Positions 20,531 through 32,369 of a DNA stretch of 39,783 nt are shown here, piece after piece. A program made the translations under genes and the position numbers. How positions within the stretch are numbered: the first letter of the stretch is position 1; every line of letters begins with the position of its first letter. Source of the stretch: Macrostomum lignano (lineage: Eukaryota); contig NIVC01004641.1 in NCBI GenBank assembly GCA_002269645.1, forward strand, positions 1 through 39,783, given 5' to 3'. The notes beneath the pieces are model-generated. The model searched no databases and was not told the DNA's origin. It was given only the letters and a program-made list of their open reading frames with translations.

Positions 20531-21121
20531 TATATCGTTACATTGGCCCTGATGTATGCTGTGATTGACTAGCTGCAAAAAATTTTAGGAAAAGTTTTTT
20601 TCTATGGCTGAATACCATAGACATCAATTTTCAGCCAAATCAAACACGAATTGTCACCAGGATTAGCATTAGTCCGGAAACTTTTGCAACACCCCTCGTA
20701 TTTTAATGAGAGATTGCATATTTTTTTAGACTAAATGTTGGACTCAACCGTCCTAATGTTTATGAATTTTAAAATCGCACAAAACAGTTAAGCTCGTCCA
20801 GAGTCCAGCTACGCGGCTTCAGCTTACGCAATTGCTGCCGAAAAAAATCGGTATATATCGTTACATTGGCCCTGATGTATGCTGTGATTGACTAGCTGCA
20901 AAAAATTTTAGGAAAAGTTTTTTTCTATGGCTGAATACCATAGACATCAATTTTCAGCCAAATCAAACACGAATTGTCACCAGGATTAGCATTAGTCCGG
21001 AAACTTTTGCAACACCCCTCGTATTTTAATGAGAGATTGCATATTTTTTTAGACTAAATGTTGGACTCAACCGTCCTAATGTTTATGAATTTTAAAATCG
21101 CACAAAACAGTTAAGCTCGTC
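20505..21121. repeat. 294-bp direct duplication (20505-20798, 20828-21121), each copy carrying a mariner TIR
   Basis: The copies look identical, period 323 bp. The 29-bp linker contains an inverted copy of the 20468-20487 region. Confidence 0.92.
20671..20700 (-). mobile_element. Mariner-type TIR plus TA (second copy at 20994-21023)
   Basis: The - strand reads TA-CGAGGGGTGTTGCAAAAGTTTCCGGACT, a typical mariner/Tc1 terminus, followed by a GATTTGGCTGAAAATT subterminal motif. Same orientation as the transposase remnant. Confidence 0.75.
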
Positions 21122-24100
21122 TGGTACTTGTATAGTTTGGCCTAAGTAACATTTTAAGCACTGCCAGCTCCAGAGAAGTTGCATGCGGCAGATGTGGTGG
21201 GAGGGCAGTAGCGGTGCCGCAGGCCACTTCATCAACAGCCTGGCGCCTGGCTTCGGCAGTTGCGGAGCAGAAATCATCGCAAATCGAGTCAGCCATTTTC
21301 TGCATAGCTACCTCTCTAGACTGGCATTCACAAGTAGGTCTGTCAGTGCACTGATACATGGAGCCCAGATGATTGACTTGGGTCGTCGCATCAGCTTGTT
21401 GAGGCCTGCCCCGGATGGCGGTGCTGATGGCCTTGGCTAGTTTAGTCCAGCTGAACAGTCGTGGAGGCGATGGTACTGGCGATGGGTGGCGGAAGTGCAG
21501 CGATGGAGGCATAGGTGGTGTCGGATAGTCGTCCAACAACATCTGGCTGCGGTGGCAATCAGGTCAAACAAGTTGCCACTTGGTTGCTGCTGAACGGGCG
21601 AGCTGTGAACAGGTGGTTCTTGGGTCGGCTGCACCGGTGGCGATTGTGGCAGAGTGGGCGAGCTGTGGATTAGTTGCGCTGACAGTGGTTCCTGCAGGGC
21701 AGCGGCGCCTCTAGCTGCTTTTGCGGCCAGTAGCCAAGCGTCAGCCATGATCGCCTTTGACAGGTCAAGACAGCTTGATGGCGGCAGCTGTTTCTCTAGC
21801 GACTGCTAGTTGATTTCCTATCTGAGGTGGCTGCAATGGTTCAAGTTGGCACACCTCAATATTGGCATCACGTTGGGGACGCACATCCCAGCGGCTGCGT
21901 CGGCTGCGAGATGGGTCCTGGCTTGGAATAGGGATAATGCGCGTCCTGCTTGCTGGCTTTGATGAGCTTGTTGCGCGGAAATGGTGGCTTCAGATGATCT
22001 ATGATGCTCGGCAGCACGGCAAACTTTGACAAGGTGCAAGCTGGGGAGATGCTTCAGCTGTACATGCTCTGTTTTTCTTAAATGCAGACTTCGTCACCTC
22101 TGCATAGGAACGTGTCAGTTTTGGCGTAGGACAAAGGCGCTTCATGGCGCAAGACATATCGTCCTCGCGTTGTTAATAGGTGGTTGGCTGCAGGCTCATG
22201 GAAGAGCAACAAGATGGCTCGACCTGCGGAGTCTGTTGGCTCATGGGAGAGCAGCGGGACTCCTCAGCGGTAAATTTTTGACCAAGATATGAGCAGTGGC
22301 GCTCGACTGGGAGGGCTGCTAATGCGGTGGCCTCCGAATCTTTGTCCAAGTCAGTCTCCAAACTCTGTAGGTAGACCTTATGGCTGTCGTTGGAGAGGGC
22401 TAATGGTATAGTGGCCTCTTGAACATCATCATTTAGGCTGGTCTCTTTGAAGTGACAATAGAGCGTCGGCTTTGGTGTGGTCAGTACCTTTGTGATGGGA
22501 GATGGTGAACTGAAATTCGCTGATCCTCTGGACCCATCAACCTAGAATCCCTGTAGATTCTGTCTGACGTAACAGCCAGAGCAAGACCTTATGGTCACTT
22601 CTTCAAATTTCTTTCCTATTTAGTATTCTCGAAAGTGTCGCATGTCATTGACAATTCCTAGTAGGTCCTGCTTGTTGACCATGTAGCGAACTTCTGGGTC
22701 ACAGAGCTTGGAACTGAAGAATGCAATCGGGCATTCTATTCCATCGGATTGCAGTTGTCCTAGACATGCTCCGATTCAGGTGTTGGATGCGTTTGTATCC
22801 AGGATGAACTTGGCCTTTGGATCCTCATTGAACTGCGAGTACTTCAGTTGAGCATAGCTTGCTCTTCAGAGTCTCAAAGGCAGTCTTATGCTGCTGCGTC
22901 CAATGACGCTAGAATCCTTGCAGGTCCTTGCGTTCAATGCGTGTAACGGGGCAGCAATGCCCAAATAATCCTTGACAAACTTCTTGTAGTAATTGGCAAG
23001 ACCAAGAAAGCTTTGTAGTTGACGAACAGTCCAAGGTGTTGGCCAACTGCGTATCTGCGCAATCTTGTATTTACTGGTTCGTAGGCCTTCTGGCCTACCT
23101 AATCACGTGGCCTAGATAATGGAGGTCCTTCTTAAATAAATGGCATTTATTCGGTTTTAGCTTCAAGTTGGCGGCTATAATTCGATTTAGGATTTGTTGT
23201 AGACGGTCTAAGTGATCTTTGAATGTCACTGCATGTACAACGATATCGTCCATGTAACCAAACGTGGCCTGCGGTGCTAATCCATTGAGCAGTTGGTTGA
23301 TACAATGCTGGAATGATTGGGGCTGTCAGTGGGTCCCATTAGTAGCACCTTAAAGCAGAATTGTCCACAATCGAGCACAGAGAAAGCAGTGATGTCCTGG
23401 TCTTCTTCGCGGAAAAGGATCTGGTAGAAGCCTTGTACAAGGTCGAGGCTTGAATGCCACTGCGCTTCTCTTAGTTTGGCGAAAGTTTCCTGAATGTGCA
23501 GGATTGGATACGGGTGCTTCAGCGTCACTTCGTTGATTGCTCTGAAGTCGTGCACAATGCGAATCGTCTTGTCCTTCTTTGGTATTAGGAGCATTGGCGA
23601 GTTGTAACTGGAGTAAGTCAGTCGTATAATGCCCTTCTTCAGCATATCATTGAGCATCTGATCCAGTTGCGGTCATAGGTGAAAAGGTATCCGGCGAGGA
23701 GGAATCGCGATTTGCGTCGAGTCTATGAGCACAATCTCATGAGTTACTAGGTGCGTCAGTCTGTGGTACAACGGAGTTAGGGAGAATGCCGTCTTGCATT
23801 CTTTGAGTAAATCCTGGACCTGGTGCCTCTAGTGGCTGTTCAGCTGGTCTCCGATGGCGACTTCATTAATCCAACTGGTAGTCGTCTCTTCAGCCATTAT
23901 CAGTTGACATACTTCTGGCTCGGTCGACTTGCTGAAGTACTCGAGGTCCTGGGTCTTGAGTGGTGTAGCTACTCCCATTAGCATGTTGCGACGCAAGTGA
24001 ACCTCTGTATCTGATGGGTTGAGTACTTCCATCACTCCTCGACTTTCTGTCATCGTATGCAGGACCAGGGCTGCGTCTAACTGGTGATGCTTTACTCGTA

Positions 24101-25500
24101 GTCCTGATTTGAGTGGTTCGATAATCATCGGTGAACCGTAGTTCTGCTGTTGACCTTCGGCTAGCTTAATGGCGATGAGGCAGGAACATTGGGGCAGCAG
24201 AGTGCATTTTTCAGCAATATACACTCGGCAGGCCTTCAGTTCTCTCCTTGAATAGCATACTGGAAGTCGGGTGCCTTGTTGGAATGTAAGCATTCCTTGC
24301 TGGAAGTCCAGTCCTTGGCAATGACTCCGCATGAAATCAATTCCTAGAAGATTTCCAGTCTCTTTCGGCGGCAAAGAATTCGGTTTCCACGAATTAATCC
24401 CCAAATTCAACTGATAGGATAACTTTGGTGGCGAGACTTAACTCAGTCCCATCATACATAGTGACTCAGTTAGGGTAAGCAGGTGTGACTATACAACGTG
24501 GTGAACGACGGCTAATGGTGGTCTAAGTAGACGCTCCAAGGAATTTCTTCTGCTTCCGCTGTCTAGCAGAAAGGCGACCTCTTGTCAAGCCACTCATCCA
24601 GTAATAAATGGATCGGCGTCATGCGCATGGACTGTATTTACAAAAGAGGCATCCAGAAAACCTCCATCAACTGATTCTTTGATTACTGACAACTTGGACA
24701 AGTCAGCTGCTGCGGCTGCGGGGCCATACTCTTCCGGGGCGTGTTCGGTGTCAGCTGCATAGCCTGGGCTGGAGCTTGGGGGTGTTGCCATTTACGTCCT
24801 CTGGCTGGCTGTTTCCCATAAACTGCTGAGTTGATTGATGTCTGTGCGGACAATCTCTTGCCTTGTGTCCTTCTTGATGACACTCATAGCATGTGTAGTG
24901 TGGTGGTCGGTTTGCTTGACTGGTCATTTGATTGGCTGTGGCCTGCTGTGCCATCGTGTTGAGTAGATGCTGCTGCTGCTGCATCATTGCAGCTTGTTGC
25001 TTAATGACTTTTTCCAACTTCTTGAGGGTGCTGTTGTTGGGCTCCTTTGAGGCTTGTCCCTCCCCGTCCAACATTCTGACTGGGGGCTCTTTCAAACAAT
25101 GAGCCAGGTCTTTAGCTAGTTCCATCCTCTCTAGTGCTTGCATGGCTTCGCTGAGTGTCCGAGGTTGGATCCAGAAAAGCTTTTTGCGGCAGTCTGATGA
25201 CATGCAAATCCCACAAAGGAACTGGTCAATCAGTTATTGCTCTAGATGGCGAGGCTCAAGCCAAGGGAAGGCTTGTTCTCCTAGCTCCTGCAGAGCATCT
25301 GCGTAATCTTCAGTTGACTCATTCTTGCGCTGGCTGCAGCCTCTGAATTCTTCTCAATACTCATCAGGTCCTGAGAGTTGTGCGAATTTCTCTATTAGTC
25401 ATTGCTGAAGCTGTTTATAGGTGATGCAGTCGGGCAGCCTCATGCAAAGTACCACAGGCACAGCCTACTGGGTCCCATAGCGGCTAGTTGATGCCATCAT
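21122..25500 (-). mobile_element. Decayed Ty3/Gypsy element (gag-PR-RT-RH) with stops and frameshifts; no LTR or integrase recognised
   Basis: Gag with QRKNES.EDYADAL.EL..QAFP and knuckle CYECHQEGHKARDC; protease LLDSGS (about 24552-24569) and LLGIDF; RT YNSP.LL.PKKD..IR.V.DFR..N, LDL.QGFYQI, YMDD (23245-23256); RNase H FILDTNASN..IGA.L.Q and H..ADAL. Confidence 0.9.
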
Positions 25501-25521
25501 GTCTCGGTATCGCGCGGCTTT

Positions 25522-25745
25522 GGTGACGGAGGGTCGCCTGTCCGAACTTTTTTTAAAACTTGGTCAGGATTGCTACAGGGCGACACATTAGCATCATTCC
25601 TCTTCGTTTTGCTTCTTGACTGGGTGCTCCAGAATGCACTCCCCTCAGCAGGCGACGGCTTCCTGCTACGCAGACGCATCGGTCGCCGCTACAACAAGAT
25701 GCACTTGACCCTACTGCGCTATTCTGACGACCTTGTCCTCGTGCC
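25522..25745 (+). pseudogene. Non-LTR (LINE, RTE-like) reverse transcriptase fragment
   Basis: VTEGRLSELF, a frameshift in poly-T, then SGLLQGDTLASFLFVLLLDWVL...LTLLRYSDDLVL, i.e. the QG..LAP.LF and YADD motifs. Confidence 0.85.
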
Positions 25746-26079
25746 ATTTAAATTTATACTTGAAATATTTAAATATTAAATAGATGAAAGACCAAAAATC
25801 TAGCTAGTAGATTGTCATATTGTATTATTTACCAAGTTTTAGTAGCAGTGTTTATTATGGTACCTGTATGCAAACTATCTTGACATGTTTAAGAGTAACG
25901 GTCCATACTTTTACTCAAGTATTCTGTTAGAATCCCAGAACTAATTTAAAATTTTCAGAGTCCATCTTAGCACTCCAATATTTATCTCAGCTGCCCAACA
26001 CCATCAAAGGCCACTTTAATATTCAGAGTTTCAATCTAGCATTCTAGAATTCTCTTAGTTGTCTAGAATCAATCTTTCC

Positions 26080-26195
26080 ACCATGTCACTCCAAAGTCCC
26101 TTTGTCAGTTGTCACTCCAGAATCCACCTCACCTTATCACTCCAGAGGTCACCTTGTCACTCCAGAGTTCATTTCGTCACCACAGAGTCCACCTA
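26080..26195. repeat. Short degenerate tandem repeat with TCACTCCAGA core
   Basis: Four to five copies of (G/A)TCACTCCA(G/A)A at 19-27 bp spacing. Confidence 0.7.
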
Positions 26196-26519
26196 TGGAC
26201 AAGCATTCGCCTTGTAAATAAGCAAGCAAGATTAAACAGCCTGGCAAATTCCGGTCTATCTTTGTGCTATGCGGGTCTGTTGCGCGGACTTCAACGCAGA
26301 ATCTTTAGCTTTGTGTGCATCGTGTGGTACTTTAAGTCATAGTTTGATGTCCGCTTAGCAACGAGAATATTGTACACCGGGTCTATTGGAAGCAACCAAT
26401 TTTCAAATTTTCAGTAATATTAATCTTTTACCAAAGTATATCCTTTCTAGATCTGCTAAGAAAACTTGTGCAACACCAAAAATACTAGCGAACACCCATC
26501 AAAAAACTCAAAATATCAG

Positions 26520-26657
26520 AAACCCAAAATATCATGACTCCGAAAACCAATGTAGCCTTGGGTAACGTTGCTAGCACTTTCGGAGTCATGATATTTCGGG
26601 TTTGTGATAATTCGGTTTATAATGGTAGTGCTTTCGGAGTTGTGATATTTTGGGTTT
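26520..26657. repeat. Fold-back remnant: one 26-bp motif and two inverted copies
   Basis: AAACCCAAAATATCATGACTCCGAAA (26520-26545) is inverted at 26578-26603 (1 mismatch) and 26632-26657 (2 mismatches). Confidence 0.85.
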
Positions 26658-27685
26658 GTAATGCCCCCCCCCCAATTTAAAGATAGAAAGGACAGAATGT
26701 ATTCTATATTAAGAATAGATGATATGAAAGAGCAAGTGGGAAGGTAGAAGGAAACATGAGACGAGTTTAGCTGCACCCTCTCTCTCTCTCTCTCTCTGTT
26801 TTTCTGACAGTTAGGTCTATTTTTACCTCATCGATATATTTCCTAATAGGGAGTTGAATGTACGCTGGGCTCTCTGCAGTTTCTGCCTGTCCAATGCGCA
26901 CACAGCTTAGGAGAGAGAGATGAACTAGGAGAAGCGTGGCATAGAAGCAGGTGCAGCTATGTTTCAGATCCTATTTTTAGCTCCCAAAATGCCTAGCCTA
27001 TAAGTTCAATCTTTCTGCTCAGTGTTAGTCGCCCTGGCAACTAAACCTGACTATACTAGCTAGATACAGCTTTTGAAAAAGAAACTTGCTCGTCCGTCTA
27101 TTATTCAAGCAAGAAGTTGCCCTGCACAAGCAAATTCGTTTCAGCTGTAAAAAACGAAATAATTAAAAAAATCTTCTAGAACCATTAGTGGTGAGTGCGG
27201 TTTGTGTAATGATTCTGTGTATTATTTTATTAATGCAACCCTTGGTTTAAGTTTAAGTTTAAGTTTTGTATGGATGGAGTTGAATGTATGTAATGGGGGG
27301 GGGGGTAGCCATCCCGCTGAGGACGGAGGTCAGATGCTACTTTGTCACTCTTACATTTTGGAGCTAATGCCTTTTCTTTGGTGCTAAATTGGCGCCAAAA
27401 CCTTTCCAGTAGCACTGGATTGGCGCTAAAACTTTCCGTGGCGCTAAATTAGCGTCAAAATTATTTTAAAGACCTTAATCTCTTTGCTAAAACGCTAAAC
27501 TGATACCAAGCTGTTTGTCAGTGAGTAAGACTCTTAATTTCTGTCAAAACTATTTCTTAGTACTGGTTTCAAGTATCGAAATTTTCATTAAGTTTCAACC
27601 ACGTATTTGTCGAGAGGTTTTTTGTGTATTTTATTTTGAAAATGAATTGTTTCTCTTTCTGGTTCTAAATTAGATTAAGGAAAGA

Positions 27686-27810
27686 CTGTCAGGCAGACAG
27701 ACTGACAGACAGACAGGCAGACAGACAGGCAGACAGACAGACAGACAGACAGGCAGGCAGGCAGGCAGGCAGGCAGACAGACAGACAGGCAGGCAGGCAG
27801 GCAGGCAGAC
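27686..27810. repeat. (CAGA)n/(CAGG)n compound microsatellite
   Basis: Directly visible tetranucleotide runs. Confidence 0.95.
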
Positions 27811-28292
27811 TCTTTGAACGGTAGACAAATAGATAGACTGACAGACAATTCGCTGTCGCCATACTGTATCAAAATTGATAGAAAATGTAAGTTGCGAAGT
27901 CAATCCGAAGCCATCAAGCCACAAATTGTATCGAGGCGCAAGAATCCGCCGGTTAAATTTGTAGCTTATGTTTTTTCTAGCATTTTTATTGTCTAATATT
28001 TATAGCACTCCTGAAGTTGTGAAATTTTGTCAAGGATGTCCTGTTTTCGAATTGATACAAAGTTAGCAGTAGCATGTTGATAGACAGCTGCGTTTTAAAG
28101 AATTAAAACACCTTCGCTACAATGATTGCAGATATTTTCCATCAGGCGATACGGCTGTGCTTAGATCATGTAAAGAATAATCGTTGTAGAAGAAATAAAA
28201 CAAAGTTTATTGCTTGTTATAATTCGAATATACCCGGTTCGTTTAAAAGCTTGTTGGAGTTCGTTACCAAGATTTCAAGCTCGTGTGCAATA

Positions 28293-28478
28293 ATGAGTTA
28301 TCGGCAACGCCAGACACCGGCTGCGTGTTCAACAGCCGCCAGCTCTTCAGCTGCTGGTCAAAAGCTTCGACAACAGCAGCAGCAGTCTGCAGGCTCGGCG
28401 TCCACCTCGTCTGGAGTGAGCAGCTCGAATTCGTCCAGTTACTGCGATGCTCAGCGCCCAGCTCAGCGGGATGGCAGG
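28293..28478 (+). CDS. Putative coding exon A of a host gene (Ser/Ala/Gln-rich, unknown product)
   Basis: ATG at 28293; 62 codons MSYRQRQTPAACSTAASSSAAGQKLRQQQQQSAGS...RDGR; ends at AGG|GTGAGA donor, phase 0. Confidence 0.55.
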
Positions 28479-28521
28479 GTGAGAGTTGACATCTGGTAAA
28501 CTAGATGCACATGCACATGCA

Positions 28522-29244
28522 GATCTAGTGTAGATTGGGAACTAGATCTGATGTAGATTGGGAATTAGATCTGATATAGATTGGGAATTAGATGTGATGT
28601 AGATTGGGTAGTAGATCTGGTATGGATTGGGTAGTAGATCTGGTATAGATTGGGTAGTAGATCTTGTATGGATTGGGTAGTAGATCTTGTATGGATTGGG
28701 TAGTAGATCTGGTATGGATTGGGTAGTAGATCTGGTATTGGATTGATCTGGTAGTAGATCTGGTATGGATTGGGTAGTAGATCTGGTATGGATTGGGTAG
28801 TAGATCTGGTATGGATTGGGTAGTAGATCTGTATGGATTGGGTAGTAGATCTGGTATGGATTGGGTAGTAGATCTGGTATGGATTGGGTAGTAGATCTGG
28901 TATGGATTGGGTAGTAGATCTGGTATGGATTGGGTAGTAGATCTTGTATGGATTGGGTAGTAGATCTGGTATGGATTGGGTAGTAGATCTGGTATGGATT
29001 GGGTAGTAGATCTGGTATGGATTGGGTAGTAGATCTGGTATGGATTGGGTAGTAGATCTTGTATGGATTGGGTAGTAGATCTGGTATGGATTGGGTAGTA
29101 GATCTGGTATGGATTGGGTAGTAGATCTGGTATGGATTGGGTAGTAGATCTTGTATGGATTGGGTAGTAGATCTGGTATGGATTGGGTAGTAGATCTTGT
29201 ATGGATTGGGTAGTAGATCTGGTATGGATTGGGTAGTAGATCTG
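28522..29244. repeat. 23-bp minisatellite (GGATTGGGTAGTAGATCT[G/T]GTAT), about 30 copies
   Basis: Period of 23 confirmed (28861 vs 28884); AGATCT in most units; left-end copies are degenerate. Confidence 0.97.
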
Positions 29245-29705
29245 ATGAAATATATTGGGAAATAAATCTTTTGTAGCCTAGGAAAGTAAAAAAGACTGAA
29301 ATTTTGATTAAATAGAAAGCTTTGTAATATTTTATTGGTAGGCATTGTTTATGCGAAATATTGATAATTTAATACTGGTGTATATTTAGACTAATGGAAT
29401 AGATGATAAATCATCTGTATAATTTCCTATACGCTATAATTAAATGCATTTATGCTGCTATTCATAGAGGTTACCCTCCGACTGTTTTATCAAAATTTAG
29501 TCTATTGTTATCTCACAGGAATTAGCCCAGTGTAGATAAATAGTCTAATGCTGATAGATATAATTAAATAGTTCGATGCAATTTAATTTTTTTAAATAGA
29601 CGTATTTGATTTTGCCTATCCGTCTAAATATAAACTAATTTCTATAATCCCACGCTCCTCTCTCAATTCTTTACCCGCTCCTCTACCCTGGGCCTTTTAT
29701 AGCGG

Positions 29706-30135
29706 ACATCTCTACCACAGACCTCTCTGCCACAGGAATCTCTATCCTAGACCTCTGTACCACAGACATCTCTACCCTAGACCTCTGTACCACAGACATC
29801 TCTATCCTAGCCCTCTGTACCCCAGACATCTCTATCCTAGACCTCTGTACCACAGACATCTCCATCCTAGACCTCTGTACCACAGACATCTCTATCCTAG
29901 ACCTCTGTACCACAGACATCTCTACCCTAGACCTCTGTACCACAGACATCTCTATCCTAGACCTCTGTACCCCAGACATCTCTATCCTAGACCTCTGTAC
30001 CACAGACATCTCTATCCTAGACCTCTGTACCACAGACATCTCTACCCTAGACCTCTGTACCACAGACATCTCTACCCTAGACCTCTGTACCACAGACATC
30101 TCTATCCTAGACCTCTGTACCCAGACCTCTCTATC
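29706..30135. repeat. 30-bp minisatellite (CTAGACCTCTGTACCACAGACATCTCTATC), about 14 copies
   Basis: Directly visible; gives the 10-aa periodic ORF 29683-30141. Confidence 0.97.
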
Positions 30136-30287
30136 TCGCATCTTTACCTTGGCAGCAATTTAAGAAAAGCATCGTACGCGTTAACGAGCGTAGTGTAAAT
30201 AATATTATCAGAGCCAGTTAATTCTGTTTTGCACAAGCAATACAGATTTATCTATAAAATATTCTTATCTTGTTTGTCAAATCTCAG

Positions 30288-30344
30288 GTAGCAACAGCAG
30301 CAGCAACATCCAGTGCCAACGGAAATGGTTGTCCGGCCTCTGCT
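30288..30344 (+). CDS. Putative coding exon B (57 nt, VATAAATSSANGNGCPASA)
   Basis: Pyrimidine-rich tract plus CTCAG acceptor; GTAAGG donor; phase 0-0, in frame with exon A. Confidence 0.6.
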
Positions 30345-30517
30345 GTAAGGATGCTTAATTTATTTATATTTGAAATTGTAATTTTCATTTTTTTCAAACT
30401 GCTTTATGCTATTCTGGCTACTTAGTGTTTATGAAGTAGCAATGTAGGGAAACGAACTGTAGTTTAATCATACAAATTTTATCACTTGTGGTATTTTAAT
30501 TTTTTTTTTACTTTCAG

Positions 30518-30557
30518 AACGGAGATGACAACTATTTTTCTAGCGGTACAATGAGAT
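30518..30557 (+). CDS. Putative coding exon C (40 nt, NGDDNYFSSGTMR)
   Basis: Poly-T plus TTTCAG acceptor; GTGAGT donor; phase 0-1, open in frame with exon B. Confidence 0.6.
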
Positions 30558-30887
30558 GTGAGTTTATAATTTAACTATTATATAATTTTCTTGCAAGCGC
30601 GAGAAGTGTTTTCTGTTTGCTTGTTTTTTTCGAGAATATTATCGATTCTGATCGAGTGAATCTGAGAGCAGATCACAGTTTCCTTCTCGTCTCATGTTCT
30701 CTCTCTCTCGCCATGGCACTTGTCTTGTGTACTCGGGTTTCCACTCAGTGCCTACACGATGAAAACCTTTTCTCTTGGATGTCTGTCTCTGATTTGGGGT
30801 TTTTGGCGTGTTCTCTCCTGACCTCTTCTTGTTGCTGCCTGCTTTGTTTCTCAAGTGCTCGGCAAATGTGTTTTTATGTGTTTATGT

Positions 30888-31585
<698 letters not shown>

Positions 31586-32369
31586 GCGTGTATTTTCCTG
31601 TCCCCCGTGTGCTGCATTGTACGTTTCTGTCATGGCACATCAACTTTATAGAAATGTTTTTTTGCATTCTAAATTTTCTACTTCGGATGCGAAATCGTCA
31701 CCCAGTTTTTTCCCAAACTGGATGCCATTTAGTTTAAGTTTCATATTTTCCGTAGTTCTTATTTCATTTAAAGTAACAATAATTTTCAAACTTGTGGGAA
31801 TCTCTTTGCATTTCAACAGTATACGGTCTTGCCAATTATTAAATTTGAGTAATCTGTATGTAAACATGGAGCCTGAAGACTTCTGGTGTAAATTGGAGGA
31901 CATTGCGGGCTGTTGCATATATCCTTAGTCATCAGTATGTTAAAGATTGCTGCAAAACTTTGCTTAGTAAAAATAGAATGAGAAGTTAGGTTTCCAAATC
32001 GCTGAAAGCCTTAGCCTAAGCCCTAAGTCTAGATGATGACTTTGTGTCCGGATTCCATTTATAACCTCAGCTGAATGCAGATTAACAAAGTGTCAGCATG
32101 TGCACACTCAGATTTAAAATGGCAACTCATTCAATAGAAAGGAAGCTTAAAGTCCCTGACACACTGATGCATAGGGTAGCGCTTTTATACTGGTCATTAA
32201 GTGATTCTGGCAACTCTTTTACGAGTACTCGTGCGACTTCATGTGATGACTAAATTTTTATTTATAACCGAGGCTAAGTGGAATTAAGAGAATGCTAGAG
32301 AGGAGATGAAATAGCTTGAGACAGGAGATTAATGAATTTTTGAGGGTAGATGAAGGGGTTGAGAAATGA

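Noticed and set aside
26462-26478. AAACTTGTGCAACACC resembling the mariner TIR at 20678-20693
   Set aside because: Same orientation as the other TIRs, partial match, no terminal TA; cannot be the missing opposite end.
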